NCBI RefSeq assembly: GCF_001194135.2
Contig: NC_069003.1
Coordinates: 5,520,920 to 5,580,321 of the forward strand
Reading direction: 5' to 3'
Length of the DNA: 59,402 bases
Origin: Octopus bimaculoides
Lineage: Eukaryota
Part shown: piece after piece, positions 15,578-29,783 of the stretch
Layout: the number at the start of each line of letters is the position of its first letter
Position numbering within the stretch: position 1 is the first letter of the stretch
Program-made: the position numbers and the translations under genes
Notes under the pieces: generated by a model
Database searches by the model: none
What the model saw: the letters and a program-made list of their open reading frames with translations, nothing else
What the model was told of the DNA's origin: nothing

Positions 15578-16469
15578 CCTAAAACTATCTATTTTATGTA
15601 TATTTTATCTATAAAGCTCAATTTAATTTTAATTTTTTATAAATTGATTTTAATTGAGTTTTTACCTGTAATTTTGGATTTTGTCCTTAATATTATTATA
15701 TGTATATACATATACATGTATGTATCTAAGGTAGTATGTAGAGAAATAATTCGGAACATATGGAGAGGATGCTTGCTTCATTCACCATCGCCCACATGTT
15801 GTCATTGTGTCTGGTTTCTGTCAGAGAAACACATTACCAGATCACTCCCTGCCTTGTTTACATCCTTGTTTTCTTTCCTTCTTTCTTTCTTTCTTTCTTT
15901 TCTTGTTTTGTNNNNNNNNNNCACACTAACATGGGGAAGCCCCTTTCTTAATCTACGTCAAGAAAATCTTTCTAAGGACTCTCCCATTGAGACAAAAAAT
16001 TTAAAAAACCAAAAAAAAAAACCCTCTTCTACAAATTCTTAACAGAAAAATAAAGGAGAAAACAAAAAAGAAATTAAATGATATCTAACAAGAATTGATA
16101 TTTCTAATTAATTATAAAATAATTAAATTCTACATAAGTGTCTAAGTAGTGATATTATGTCAATGCTAATTGTTGACACTAATGAAGTTAATTGGTTTAA
16201 GACGATAGATTAACAGATCAGTAGAATCACAGACAAAATGTCTTGTGGGGTTTTTGTGTCTTTTTGGGGGGTTTTTCTGGTTAGGTGGGGTTTCTGGATT
16301 TTATTTTATTCTGTTGTTTACTGAGTTCGGTTCCTATTGAGATCCTTGTTGCTTTTTTTCCTTCCGGGGTCAATAAAATAAAGGACCACATTAGTCAAGT
16401 ACAGGGGCAGGGGTCAGTATCCTTTGTAGTTCTACCCTCCTCCCCCCGCCAATGAAATCATCTTTTATC

Positions 16470-16673
16470 CCTTATTCTTTTACTTGTTTCAGTTGTTAGA
16501 CAGTGGCCATGCTGGAGCACTGCCTCGAAGACTTTTAGCCAAATGAATTGACCCCAGTACTTTCTTCTTAAGCCTGGCACCTATTCTATCGCTCTCTCTT
16601 GCTGAATTGTTAAGTTACAAGGATGGAAACACACACAGACTGGTTGCCAAAAGGACGGTGGGGGACAAACACT

Positions 16674-16709
<36 letters not shown>

Positions 16710-16850
16710 GGGCTTCTTTCAGTTTCCGTCTACCAAATCCACTCACAAGGCTTGGGTCAGCCCAAGGCTAAATTAGAAGATACTTGCCCAAGGTGCCATA
16801 CAGTGGGACTGAACCCAGAACCATGTGGTTGGGAAACAAGCTTCTTAGGA
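16470..16850 (-). mobile_element. SINE family A, near full length, diverged
   Basis: Collinear with 42451-42867, including the internal (CA)n. Confidence 0.85.
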
Positions 16851-17239
16851 AATTAATCAAGCTTATATAAATCATTATCTAAATATAAATTGTAATAATT
16901 ATTTTAAAATTAAACACAAGGTCAGAAATTTAAAGCAAGGGTTTAATCAGTTATGTCAACCACATTATATAACTGGTACTATACCTATTGACTCCTGGAA
17001 GGTGAAAAGTAAAGTTAGTCTTGACAGGATTTGAACTTAGAATGTTGACACTCAAATAATTCTATCAATCCAATGACTTATATATATTCTTTTCCACTCT
17101 AGGCACAAGGCCCGAAATTTTTGGGGAGTGGGCCAGTCGATTAGATTGACCCCAGTATGCAACTGGTACTTAATTTATCGACCCCGAAAGGATGAAAGGC
17201 AAAATTGACCTTGGTGGAATTTGAACTCTGCTAAGCATT

Positions 17240-17400
17240 ACAAGGGAGTGCTGAAATGTTCCTGGTTTTGGGTAAAAGAAAATACAGGAGGATCACTTAA
17301 TTATGATTTTATCCAACATATTCCCCTCTCAGATTTACACACTTTTTGCAACAGTCCTTCAGTTTTTCTAAGCCCTGTAAAAGAATTCGGAAGGTTGGCA
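17240..17400 (+). mobile_element. Mariner-derived MITE, truncated
   Basis: TA-caagggagtgctgaaatgttcctgg TIR-like start; same family as 40738-40932. Confidence 0.6.
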
Positions 17401-17939
17401 TGAGTTAAAGGGTTTGACAGGAGCTGACCAGGCAGAAGACTGTACCAGGCTTCTATGTCTGTTTTGGCATGGTTTTTGCAGCTGGATGCCCTTCCTAACA
17501 CCAACCACTCTGCAGAGTGGGCAGAGTGCTTTTTACAGGCGAGGTCAGTTTTGACATGGTTTTTACAGCTGGACACCCTTCCGAATGCCAACCACTTCAC
17601 AGTGTGGACTGGATGCTTTTTACATGACACCAGTACTGGCAGGGTCAGCTTGTAACTTTGCAAGACAAGGAATCTTTGAGGAATCTTTGGGCATTGGTGG
17701 AGGTGATCTTCTGTCAGATAATGAAAGGTCAGAGTGTGACAGAGAAAGAGAGAGATTGTCCATATTCCCAGCTGGAGAAGTTTGACAGGGTTGTGTTCCA
17801 GTGTCTGCTTTGGCATGGTTTCTGTGACTGCATTCTATTTCTAATGCCTACTGCTTTACAGTACGTACTGGGTATGTTAAGGGCAACTGTACTGTGAAAT
17901 ACCCAGCCCCTTTCATTTTAATTTAACATATTAATTTGA

Positions 17940-18160
17940 CTGGTCAATCAAATTAAGTCAGTCAGATTTGGCCAGTCAAATTTGGTCAACCAATTTGGTC
18001 AAACAAATTTGGTCAATGAAATTATACCAGTCAGATTTGGCTAGTCAAATTGGGTCTGTGATATTTGGTCAATGAAATTAGGTCAGTTAGATTTGGCCAG
18101 TCAAATTGGGTCAGTGATATTCGGACATTCAAATTAGGTCAGTCAAATTTTGTCAATCAA
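17940..18160. repeat. Minisatellite of ~10/20-bp period (aaatttggtcagtcagatttggccagtc-like)
   Basis: Directly visible degenerate tandem. Confidence 0.85.
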
Positions 18161-18309
18161 ACAACTGAATACTCATTACTGAAACCAACTGATGATTAAT
18201 TATCATTCCTAAGTCTGGCCCTATTGGGAGGTTTTAATTGTCATATGATATAATGCCATACCATTTAAGATGTTTAAAATATAAAAAAAGATGGCAGAAT
18301 TTTCTTTGA

Positions 18310-18835
18310 AGGCCTGGCTGTGTGGTTAAGGAGTCCACTTTGCGATCTTGTGGGCTCAGGTTCAGTCCCAATGCGTGGTACCTTGTACAAGTGTCTTTTA
18401 CTGTAGTTTCTAGACCAACCAATGCTTTGTGAGTGAATTTGGTAGATGGAAACTGTGTGGAAGCCCATCATATACATATATGTGTGTGTTTGCATTTGTC
18501 CCCACCGCCATTGTTTGACAACCAGTGCTAGTTTGTTTATGGCCCCATAGCTTAGTGGTTCAGCAAAATATACCGATAGAATGAGTACCAGGCTTAAAAA
18601 ACAATAAGCACTACGGTTGATTTGCTCAACTAAACTAATGCAGTGGGGAAATCTCTTGAACAAAATTCTTTTTTACTATATATATGTGTGTGTGTGTATA
18701 TATGACAGGCTTCTTTCAGTTTCCATCTTCCTAATCCACTCACAAGGCTTTGGTTGGCCCAAGGCTCTAGTAGAAGACACTTGCCCAAGGTGCCATGCAG
18801 CAGGACTGAACCCAGAACCATGTGGTTGGGAAACA
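18310..18835. mobile_element. Two SINE family A copies in opposite orientation (+ 18310-18660, - 18700-18835)
   Basis: Family A head, core and tail motifs. Confidence 0.75.
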
Positions 18836-19762
18836 AACAGAGGAGCTTATTAATCAATTAGTTGATTAACCCTATTTCATTACAGCTACACAGTTTATTA
18901 ATAGGATGATGGATTGGCAAAAGTCATTAACAGTTCAGACACAATGCCTCGTGGTATGTAGTTGCAGTTCTTTATACTGAGTGTTCAAATCCCACTGAGA
19001 TTTACTACACTGTCATTCGTTGTTCGTCGACCAATAAAATGAAGATTAAATCAATCGTCGGTGCTTAACTGAAGATTGATATAAATGAATATTCCTCCAC
19101 CACCAATGCCATCACCACCACTTTCTCTACACATTTCTATGATTGATTAAACATTGATAGTTACCTCTGATCTCTGAAATATCAATCAATTAACTGTATC
19201 TGCATAAGTGCAGGGATAAATACATTTGTAATAATTATCTTACCAGTCACGTCCATTACCATCGCCATCTTTGAAAAATCTGACAGAGGAGTCTCTGCAC
19301 AGGCACTCAGCCTGCTAAGAATAGCAGCCAAATCTCCTTTGAAAAAAGGAAGGACCTTTTGGATAATGTAGTTTTAGATTTAGATATGAAAAAATAGTTA
19401 AAAAGGCACATGGCTGGATTGCCTTTGACCTTAGGTCTGCCCTATCAGCATGGACTTGGAACTATGAAACAATGGAAAACTGCAGCTAAATCTCCCTCAG
19501 AACGTGCCGACAAACGGAGTGCCGCAAAGCTTTTCGCCCGATGTGTTAACGATTCTGTCAGCTCACTCCCTTCATAATAATAATAATTTCAAATGTTGGC
19601 ACAAGGCCAGCAGTTTTGAGGAGTGGGGTTAAGTCGATTACATCATCCCCCAGTGCTCCACTAGTACTTATTTCATTGACCCTGAAAGGATGATAGGGAA
19701 AATCGTCCTCTGTGGAATTTGATCTCAGAACATAATGACATACAAAATGCCAGCTCACCACT

Positions 19763-19800
<38 letters not shown>

Positions 19801-19829
19801 CCTTTCTGTTAAAGGTTGTACCCAGTGGT

Positions 19830-20090
19830 ACATTGTGTCCTTGAGCAAGATAATTTATTTCCTATTGCTCCAGTTCACTCAGCTGGCAAAAATGAGTCGT
19901 ACCTGTAATTTCAAAGGGTCAGCCTTGTCACATTGTGTGTCACACTGGATCTACCTGAGAACTATATTAAGTGTATGTTTGTCTGTGGAGTGCTCAGCCA
20001 CTTGCATGTTAATTTCACAAGCAGGTTGTTCCGCTGATTGGATCAACTTGAATACTTGTTGTAACCGATGGAGTACCATCCCAGGGTACA
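19830..20090 (+). mobile_element. tRNA-derived SINE family C body
   Basis: ttgtgtccttgagcaag...ttgctccagttcactcagctggcaaaaatgagt...gtctgtggagtgctcagccacttgca; further copies at about 31130-31395, 41994-42130 and 52403-52520. Confidence 0.8.
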
Positions 20091-21139
20091 AGTGCAAGAG
20101 CATGGCATAGCGGTAGGATGTTGAACTCATGACCAAAAGATTATGGTTTCAATTCCTGGATTAGGCACTGCATTGTGTTCTTGAGCAAAACACTTCATTT
20201 CACATTGCACTGTGATCACTTTCAACACCTGACATGTGGAACACTGTGCACCTGTTCAGGTAACATCAACACAATCGTTTGTGCAGATTCTTCAGTAAGA
20301 CATTGCAGAACCATCTCTCTCAGACTACAAGAGACTGCCATCATACAACAGTTTCTATATTTCTGAATTAGCCGACTTGTCTCTCCTAGTTTGAGGCACA
20401 TGGCTCAGTGCCTCAAAAATAACGTTGATCATTGGAAGAATTTGAAGTCTGAATATAAAACACCAGAATATAACACCACAAGGTATTTTGTGTGACACTT
20501 TGACAATTCGGCCAATCCTTCTGCCTTCTGCTGTCACTGGATATTCTTCCCTCTCCTTCTTCTTCCTATCCTGTTAACTGTATAATCCATCCACCTTCGC
20601 CCACCCCCACCAACCTTTTTCTGCCAGCCTGTCACTGTATATCCTCCTCCTCCTCCTCCCCTCTGATTTGCCTGTCTGTCATTATTAAACCTCTCATAGA
20701 CATCTGCAGAAGGACACACACACACACACACACACAAATAATTAATCACTTAATTAGCTTAAGATAATAACTGATTTCTAAGTCCCAGCGTCACACTTAG
20801 ACACAAGTGGTGGCGGTGGAAATGGCAGCAATGGTGGTGGTGGTGGTGGTGGTGGTGGTCATGGCAGTAGTGTTGGTGACAGTGATGGAGGTGGTGGTGG
20901 TGGTGGTGGTGATGATAATGATTGAGGTAGTGGTAGTAGTAGTTATTGTGATGGTGGTGGTGGTGGCAGTGGTGATATTGTGGAACCATCAAGATCATCA
21001 GTTTCCCAAGAATATGGCTGGGTAATATAAAAAAAAAAAAAAACACATTTGGTGGAATGAGAATCTTTATAAGAAGAGATTCTTGTAATTTTAAGGTTAG
21101 CAAATTCTTTCTTTGTGAATTGTTCCCTAAATATTTAAT

Positions 21140-21551
21140 GCCCCCTATCTCTTTACAGTTATCTAACTTCTTACAATCCCCTAATCCTCTATTGCCATTC
21201 TTTCTCCTCTTCCCCCTGTCTCAATGTGACTCCCTATCTTCCTACTTCTCTGTATCCGTTCTGCTCCCTAACATATCTCTACTATTCCCTATTTCTCTAA
21301 ACCATATCCTTCTCCTCCTTCCTAAATCTCCACTGGTTCCTGTCTCTGTTATTCCTTGTATCCCCTTCAACTGCTCCCCATTTCCTTAACTCCCTAATGC
21401 TTTCTATACCTCTACAACTCTTCCTAATGTTCTAAGCTTCCAACTACTCCCTATCTCTCTTCTGCTCCATATCCAACCCCTAATTCCTAACTCCTTCATC
21501 CCTTCGCTGTCTCCTATCTTTCCACACCCTTCTCATTATTCCCTATTTTTT

Positions 21552-21599
<48 letters not shown>

Positions 21600-22800
21600 T
21601 TTCAAAGTTTCTACTGTTTTCTTATTCTCCATTGCTCTCTGTCCCTTTGCTGTTCCCTATCCATCTTCTCCTTAACTTCAGATCAATCTCTTTCTCCATA
21701 CTGATCCCTACCTTTCTACTCCCCAATTATTCCTGCTTTTCTTCATCATCTGAAGCCCCCTATCTTTTTCTTTTTCCCAATGTCTCAACTACCTCATATC
21801 CCTCTAGTGCTCCCTAATTTTCTACTGTCAAAAATTCCCTTTATTCCTGCTGCTCCCTATCTCTCCCTTGCTCCCGATTTTCTCCATAACTCCCTAATTT
21901 TCTATTATTGATCCCTAACTTTCTAAAGCTCCCTAATTTTATGCAACCACTTCTCTCTATCCCTTTCCACTGTTCCCCAACTTCTTATCCCTTTATTACT
22001 CCCTGTCTGTATACTACTAATCACAACTCCCTAATATCTACTCCCTATCTTTTCATGTCTCTCTTTCTTTCTACAACTCCCTATTTTTTATAACTACTAC
22101 TGTTACCCTCTCCACTGTTTCTTAACTCCTTGTCTCTCTATTGCTCCCTATCTTTATACTATTCCCTACAGCTCCCTAATTTTTGCTCCCTGTCATTCCA
22201 GTACACTCTATTTCACCACAACTCCCCAATTTTATATTACTACCACTACTCTTTCCCCTGCTCCTTATTTCTCTTTTGTTCTTCATCTTTCAACTACTCC
22301 CTAATTTTTACTCCCTATCTTTTCCTCTCTACAGCTCCCTAATTTTTACTCCTGATCTTTCCCTCTCTACAGCTCCCTAATTCTTACTCCCTATCTTTCC
22401 ATTACTCTCTCTCTCTCTCTCTCGACAACTCCCTAATTTTCTATCACTTCTACTATTCATTTTTTCCACTGCTCCTTAATCTGCAATCATTCTTGTTCCC
22501 TATCTTTCCACAATTCTCAATCACAGCTCCCTGATTTCAACTGCTCCCTATATACCCTCCCCTCTGACTACTTCCTAATTCCCTATACACTCCCTCTATA
22601 CCCTAGATCCCACCATCACTCCTGACACCCTCCAACTGCTATTCCCTAACTCCCACCCTTACAACCCCATCTTCTCCCTAACACCCTATAGCCCAAATAC
22701 TTCCTCTCCTTTTCTCCCTATACAGGACCCTACACCTTACCTCACCTTGTTTTGTTTACCTACCATTCTTGTGTTCCTTAATTTTGTCCTTGCTCCCTTA
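21140..22800. repeat. CT-rich degenerate minisatellite (ctccctaattt / ctccctatct units)
   Basis: Dozens of ctccct(a/g) units. Confidence 0.85.
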
Positions 22801-23366
22801 TTTCGCTCCTCTTATCGTTTCTTATCTCTTTCCCTATCAGGCACATCATAATCTGACAGCTGGGCTCTTTTTAACATCTCCTCAGTCTTGTTGGTGTATA
22901 TTTCATATAGATATGTGTGTATATGTGTGTGGGGAGGGTGCAAATATGTTTTTTGTACATGCACACACACACTCATATGCACATATATATCTTTGTATAT
23001 TTACACACATACATATATATGTATACACACACACACGTACACACATATATATATACACATACACACCACATTTTTATATATACCTATATATATATGTAGG
23101 TATATATATATATACACGTGTGTTTGTGTGTGTGTGTGTGTGCAAATGTTTTATGTATCTAAGTAGTGTACGCACACACACACACACACATATGTGCATA
23201 TATATATATATATATATANNNNNNNNNNNNNNNNNNNNNNNNNNNNNNNNNNNNNNNNNNNNNNNNNNNNNNNNNNNNNNNNNNNNNNNNNNNNNNNNNN
23301 NNNNNNNNNNNNNNNNNNNNNNNNNNNNNNNNNNNNNNNNNNNNNNNNNNNNNNNNNNNNNNNNNN

Positions 23367-23399
<33 letters not shown>

Positions 23400-23410
23400 C
23401 ATACATATAC

Positions 23411-23459
<49 letters not shown>

Positions 23460-23822
23460 TATGTATACACACACACACAACACATTTATATATGTTATAT
23501 ATAGGTATATATACATATGTGTGTGTGTGTGTGTGCATAAATATCATTTATGTATACATGCGTGCATGTATGCGTATGTGACATGTGTAGACAGACGTAT
23601 TCTTTCATTGGCTCCAGTCATGTGATCTGCAGCCATACTGGGGCTCCATCTTGAAGGGGGTTTTTTTCCATCAATTAAATTATGAACCTCCATAAACTTT
23701 GCTTAGTAATGTATTTCGTTTTGAGTTTCAAGGAAGATAAAAGGCAAAGTTGAAATGGATCAAATTACCTCAAAAGTATTTTCGTTTGACACACAAATTT
23801 TTTACAATCCAAATGCTAATAT

Positions 23823-23863
<41 letters not shown>

Positions 23864-25334
23864 TGCCCGAACACATCTGCTGGGTTCTCACAGTTTCCCT
23901 CATTTTCTCTTCAAGAAATGTGGAACCTTTGCATCTTCTTCTCATAAAAGTCCTTCAGGTTTGGCCAGACACAAAAGGAATATTTAACCGGGAGAAAAGG
24001 AATAAGGGGAATATAGACAATTAAGGCCTCCTCCCTTTGTCATCATCTCCATATGTGGATAATTAGGTATCTGCTATAGGGGTTGTTCAGTCTGCAAGAA
24101 ATAGCAGCTAAATCTTTCCCTAATCACATCCTACCATTTTTATTATTATTAATTACACTAAGGCAGCGAACTGGCAGATTGTTAACACATCAGGAAAAAT
24201 GCTTAGTGACATTTCATCCATCTTTATGTTCTGAGTTCAAATCCTGCCAAGGTCGATATCGTCTTTTATCCTTTCAGGGTCAATAACAGAAGTACCAGTT
24301 GAGTACTGGGGTTGATGTAATCGATTTACTCCTTCCCCTGAAATTGCTGGCCTTGTGCCAAAATTTGAACCCATTATTATTTATTATTCTGTATAACACA
24401 ATTTTTGTCCTTGGGTCGCAACTGTTGTTCCCTATTTTCTGATCCCTAGAAAGTATGAAAAATGGCTAATATTTCCTTCAAAGTTTGCTTTTGTTACATT
24501 TATTGAAACCCCAAAGACTCCCTTTCAACACAAGGCTATGATGCTCCCCTACTACTCCTTCTTATGACCAGGGATGCACATATTTGTCAGCCACTAAGGG
24601 ACATGCCCGAAGTGATTTCTAAACGGTTAAAATAAGTACCTGTTGAGCACTGGGATCGATGTAATCAAGTTATCCCCACCCCGCTAAAATTCCTGGCATT
24701 GTGTGAAAATTTGAAACCATTTACTGTGTTTCTTTGCTGGAATTATTGCTGCTTTCTATCCCTTCTTTTAGCCTTTTCCAAACAAGTTGTACACCTGATC
24801 ACTGCATGCAACAATACAATAAGCTCATTATTATTATATGCCTTTCATAATTTTTTTTTTTGTACTTTATAAAAATGCCTTACCTAGAAAATGGAGAATA
24901 CAAAGAATTTTAATACAAAGGTTTTCTAAATAGTTCTTTGATATTTTTTCCTCTCTTTACCCTACTCACAGTTCCAAGCTTTCCCATATTGATTTTGATT
25001 TATTCTTGTGTGTGTATTCTTACTATTTCTTCTCTCAGTTCTTCAAGTTTTTATATTTGAAGAGTTTTTCAAGCTCCTTTACTGAAAGGCTATTATAATC
25101 CAGGCCAGTTATATCAATTAGTGTACAAGACCTTTTAATCTCTTTCCTTTTACAACAATGTTCAGTGGATCTTTCGTCCCTCTGAATTGCAAAGCATTGT
25201 GTCGGTGTAAATAAGAATGTCGTCAGCGGAAAATATGTACGGAATGATGGAGACACATGCAGTATAACTGACACAGAAAAGAAACAGACATGGAAATGCT
25301 TATTCTGAAAGGCTGAAATATTAAGATCAGGCAT

Positions 25335-25555
25335 TATGGCCATATTTGAAGAAGCAAGGGTCTGGAAAATGTTATCATGGAAGGAAGAGTAGATGGGAGT
25401 AGATCAAGAGGCAGGCAAAGAATGCAATGGATGGACAATATCAAGAGCTGGTTGGACAAGAGTGGCATAGCAGCTGGAGAACTTGTGCTGAATGGAGAAG
25501 ACTTTTGTTGCAGTGTGATCAATGCTCTAAAGGTATATGATACATGACGAAGATG
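25335..25555 (+). mobile_element. RTE (BovB-like) LINE ORF2 C-terminus fragment
   Basis: Translates YGHI*RSKGLENVIMEGRVDGSRSRGRQRMQWMDNIKSW, the typical RTE GHI.R...LE..I.EG.V.G.R.RGR.R..W.D motif. Confidence 0.85.
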
Positions 25556-25631
25556 GTTAGAGAGAGGGAAACAGGCAGAAAGGAGGAGGAGAGAGAGAGA
25601 GAGAAAGAGAAAGATAGCTTACTCAGAGTCA

Positions 25632-25815
25632 GGGAAACCCATTATTAAAATTGACAGTTTTACAGTCAAAATGGCTGTTAATGATATGAAGATGAGGAAA
25701 GAAGCTAGTTTATCAGGGACGGTTGCTGAGATGTGGAAAAGATCTGGTGAAATAGGATTCTTGCTAGTCACTGATGGGGTCAATCAAATAGTGGAAGATG
25801 GTGTTAGTTTGAAAT
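25632..25815 (+). mobile_element. Decayed RTE-like ORF2 fragment, region just N-terminal to the RT core
   Basis: GKPIIKIDSFTVKMAVNDMKMRKEASLSGTVAEMWKRSGEIGFLLVTDGVNQIVEDG resembles K.GKA.GPSGI.AEMLK.SG..G..LVT..VNQ.V.EG. Confidence 0.6.
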
Positions 25816-26909
25816 GATAAAAGGCAAAATTAGCCTCGCTGGCATTTGATCCAGGAACACAGATCCAGAACAAGTAGAGCAAAGCATTCCATACAATGCT
25901 CAAACGATTCTGTTAATTAACACCTTCCCCCAAAAGTTGAACGCAATTCCTTAATTTTCCTCCTTATTTTAGTGTAAAGACTAAAAATTTAAAAATTTAG
26001 CAAAATTAGAAAGTATCCTTAATATTCTTTTCTGCTCTAGGCACAAGGCCCGAAATTTTGGGGGAGGTGAGGCCAGCGGATTAGATCGATTCCAGTATGC
26101 AACTGGTACTTAATTTATCGACCCCGAAAGGATGAAAGGCAAAGTCGACCTCGGCGGAATTTGAACTCAGAACGTAATATTGCAATGAAGTAAGTCAGTG
26201 AGGTGGCAGACCCATTAGCACACTGGACGAAATGTTTTGTGGCATTTCAGCCATCTTTACATTCTGAGTTCAAATTCCACCGAGGTTGGCTTTGTTTTTC
26301 ATCCTTTCAGCATCAATGAAATAAGTAAGTACTGGTTGAACTCTGAGATCAATGCAATCAGCTTATCCCTTCCCCAGAATTGCTGGCCTTGTGCAAAAAT
26401 TAGAAACCAAAGGATAAAAGCTAACCTCAATTCTGTAGAACTACAGATGGATGGAGTTAGTTGACTGTAATGATAAAATAAAACTCAGTCTCTCAGAACA
26501 TTTCTTAGATCAAAAGTTTTGGACAATAAAATATATGGAACTCACTAAAAGACATTTCTAAAAGTAATAGATATTTCTGACAGTTTCCTCAGGTTTCTTC
26601 TGTTGGTATCATTTTCATGTTTTATGTTAGCTGTTTGTCTTGAATATGACTCTCTGAGTAGAATGGCCAAAGATTCTAATAACAGCTTTCCATTGAAATT
26701 TGACGTCCACTTGTATTTATCATCATCATCATTATCGTTGTCATCATCTTCATCATCATCGTCATCATCATTTCAATTGTTTGCTTTTCCATGCTTGCAA
26801 GGGTCAGGCAGAATTCTTTGAGGCAGATTTTCTATGGTTGGATGCCCTTCCTGCTGCTAACATGCACTCGTTTCCAAGTAAGACAATATAGCCCATGACC
26901 ACCACTACC

Positions 26910-27780
26910 AACACTACCACTGTACATTCGTCTGTTGTCAACGATGACCAAGGACATCATATGGGAGAAGAAGATGAGACACAGTGTGTCCGGCTGTGGC
27001 CGATCAGTCCAATACATGCTTGGAAGGTTCTGTCACAGGTCAGGCATTGGTGGTCTGCTGGGACTGAAAGGAAGGTGTTGGCTCTGGACTTGCATAGTTC
27101 ATGTTTTCTTTGTGCCCCCGCAATTCTGTTTTGTTCATAAGTGGTGGCACCTTTGTTGGTGTGCACACAAACATACACACACATATGACTTTGTCCAGCT
27201 GTGACCAATCAGTCCACTGCATGCTTGGAAGGCTCTGTCATTGGTCAGGCACTGATGGTCTGCTGGGACAGAAAGCAAGGAGTTGGCTCCGGAGTTGCAC
27301 AGTTTGCATTCTCTTTGTACTCCTGCAATTCCATTCTGTGTGTGGCGGGTGGTACCTCTGCTGGTACAGCTTCACCAGGCAGGGCAGTTTCATGCTTGAG
27401 TTTCCCTGGTGTTGTGGTTGATCTCAAAGCTCTTCATTGAGGCATAGAATGTGTCTTTGAAGTGCTTTTTCTGTCATCTTTGCATTCACTTGCCTTCCGC
27501 CAATTTGCTGTTGAACAGTCTCTTGGGGAGGTGTATGTCAGGCATTTGGACAAGGTGACCTTCCCACCTGACTTAGGCTCTCTCCAGCAGTGTGTAGATG
27601 CTTTGTAGGTCAGCTTGAGAGAGGACCTCCATGTCTGGGGCCTTGTCTTGCCAGGTGATTTTCAGGAGCTTTCTCTGGCAGTTCATATGGAAGTAGTTTA
27701 GCTTTTTGGCATAGCATTCATAAACCAGTCTATGTATGAAGGCAGTAAATGGACAGAATCCTAAGAGAATCTGACAAAAT
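26910..27780 (-). mobile_element. RTE-clade LINE 3' end with C-terminal C2H2-like finger, 3' segment duplicated
   Basis: Minus strand: LNYFHMNCQRKLLKITWQDKAPDMEVLSQADLQSIYTLLERA*VRWEGHLVQMPDIHLPKRLF... then HQCLTCDRTFQACIGLIGHSRTH. Confidence 0.9.
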
Positions 27781-29380
27781 GCTTCACAGCATTTCATTCC
27801 AACTCCTTAAGTTCTGAGGCACCCAAGAATGGGTTACAAATTTGCCTGTATCAGGCTGACAAAATGGGGCCATATCAAAATAAAAATACTGAATGGAAGG
27901 CAATTGAAACCTCTTTTGTATTCTGTGGAAATTATATAATACACACATGGCCCTTGTCAAGGAGGTCACCAGTAGGTAATTCATTGCAAGTGTATCTATT
28001 TCTTTATTACCCACAGGGGGTTAAACATAGAGGGAACAAACAAGGACAGACAAAGGGTTTAAGTCGATTACATCGACCCCAGTGCATAGCTGGTACTTAT
28101 TTAATCAACCCCGAAAGGATGAAAGGCAAACTCGACCTTGGTGGAGTTTGAACTCAGAACATAACGTGATCTTACTATTGGGTCAGCCCTGGTTTAGTAT
28201 ACCTATGGTCAAAGATGTCCCAGATATGGATGTGACCAACCCATCTTTTTCTTTCAGGCATAATGTATCTAGGACTACATTACCCAATGTATTCTTGCTA
28301 TTGTTTTTGTTGTTTAGCTCTAAGCCAGTTCTAGTCTATCAGGGTTATAATCAAAGACATCCCAGATGTGACCATCCTATCTTTTTCTTTCTGACTTAAT
28401 ATACCTAAGACTACATTATTCCTATCTACTTTGATCAAGTAGACCTATGCTCAAAGACATTCCAGATCTGACCATCCAGTCTTTATTATTTTTATTATTC
28501 AGACACACAGGTTATAGAATGATATTATTCAACTCGTTCTTCCTTCTTTTAGACTGTTGGATGTGATTTGATGGAGATTTGGCAGCTATTTCTAGCAGAT
28601 TTATTGACTACATACTCTCCCTCTCCCTTCCATTTTATCTGTTTTATGTTGGTTTATGGAAGTTGGCTGTTTTGCCTGATGATAATTTTCCCAGCAGAAC
28701 TAAATGTTATCTTGAAATATAAAAGTTATCAGAAATAGAAAACGAAATCTTGGGGTTAAAGTGTTTATATTGGGGCTTTGAAAACATGGGATTAAGTTTG
28801 TTCAAGATAGGGGTTTAAAGGATTAAAATTCTTCTTTCTGTTATATTAATGAGACATGGATAGAAAGAGGCAGAGAAAGAGAAAGATTGTGTGTGTGTAT
28901 GAGAGAAAGAGAGAGTGTGTGTGTGTGTGTGTGTGAAGAGGAGAGATGTAGTGCTGAAGAGATTGTCATAATATGAGGGGCAGGGAGGGAAGAGACAGGC
29001 TTATCTCGGTGCATATTTTGTTAGGGTACCATGACCATAATAAGGAAAGACAAGATGGTAAGATGGTAAGATTTATTTTATCGACCTTCCCCCCAGAAGG
29101 ATGAAAACCAGAGTTGACCCCAGCGGAATTTGAAGAAGAAATGCTGCAAAGTATTTTGTCTGGCACAGTAATGATTCTGCTAGCTTGTCACCTTAAAGGG
29201 TTAAAATATTGGTCAACATTCTTCTTTGGTAGAAGAAATTTGCTCAGGCTGCCATATTGGAACTTATTTTATCGAACCCCAAAGTCAACCCTGACAGCAT
29301 TTGAAATCAGGACATCAAGTCTGAAGGAATGTCACTAAGCACTTTGCCTGGCACAGTAACAATTCTGCTAGATCACCACC

Positions 29381-29783
29381 TTAACTCTTTAGCATTTAAA
29401 CCAGCCATATCCAGCCCATATATTCTACCTGTTTCATGTTCAAACTAGTCAGATCTGGTCTCTCATACTTACCCTACAATGTCACTAAAGATATACAATC
29501 ACATCATTGTAACCTCAAAGTTACAAGATAATCCAGGTTATTTCAAAACAATGTGAATAAATAGCCATTACATTTGACGGAATAATCTGAATGCCATATT
29601 GGATCCAGCTATTTTACCTGTTTTATGTTCAAACCAGCTAGGTCTGACCTCTCACACCTACCCTACAATGTCATTCTAAAAATATACAATCGCATCATTG
29701 AAATCTCAAAGCTAAGAGATAATGCATGATTAATTCCAAACAACTTGAATAAATAAAATAGGAATGTGAATGCTAAAGGGTTA
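29381..29783. mobile_element. piggyBac-like MITE, head-to-tail dimer sharing one pair of ends
   Basis: TTAA-ctctttagcatt ... aatgctaaaggg-TTAG ends; internal body present twice. Confidence 0.7.

Noticed and set aside
20390-20417. 10-bp perfect stem tttgaggcac/gtgcctcaaa
   Set aside because: Tiny, and overlaps a SINE C head remnant.
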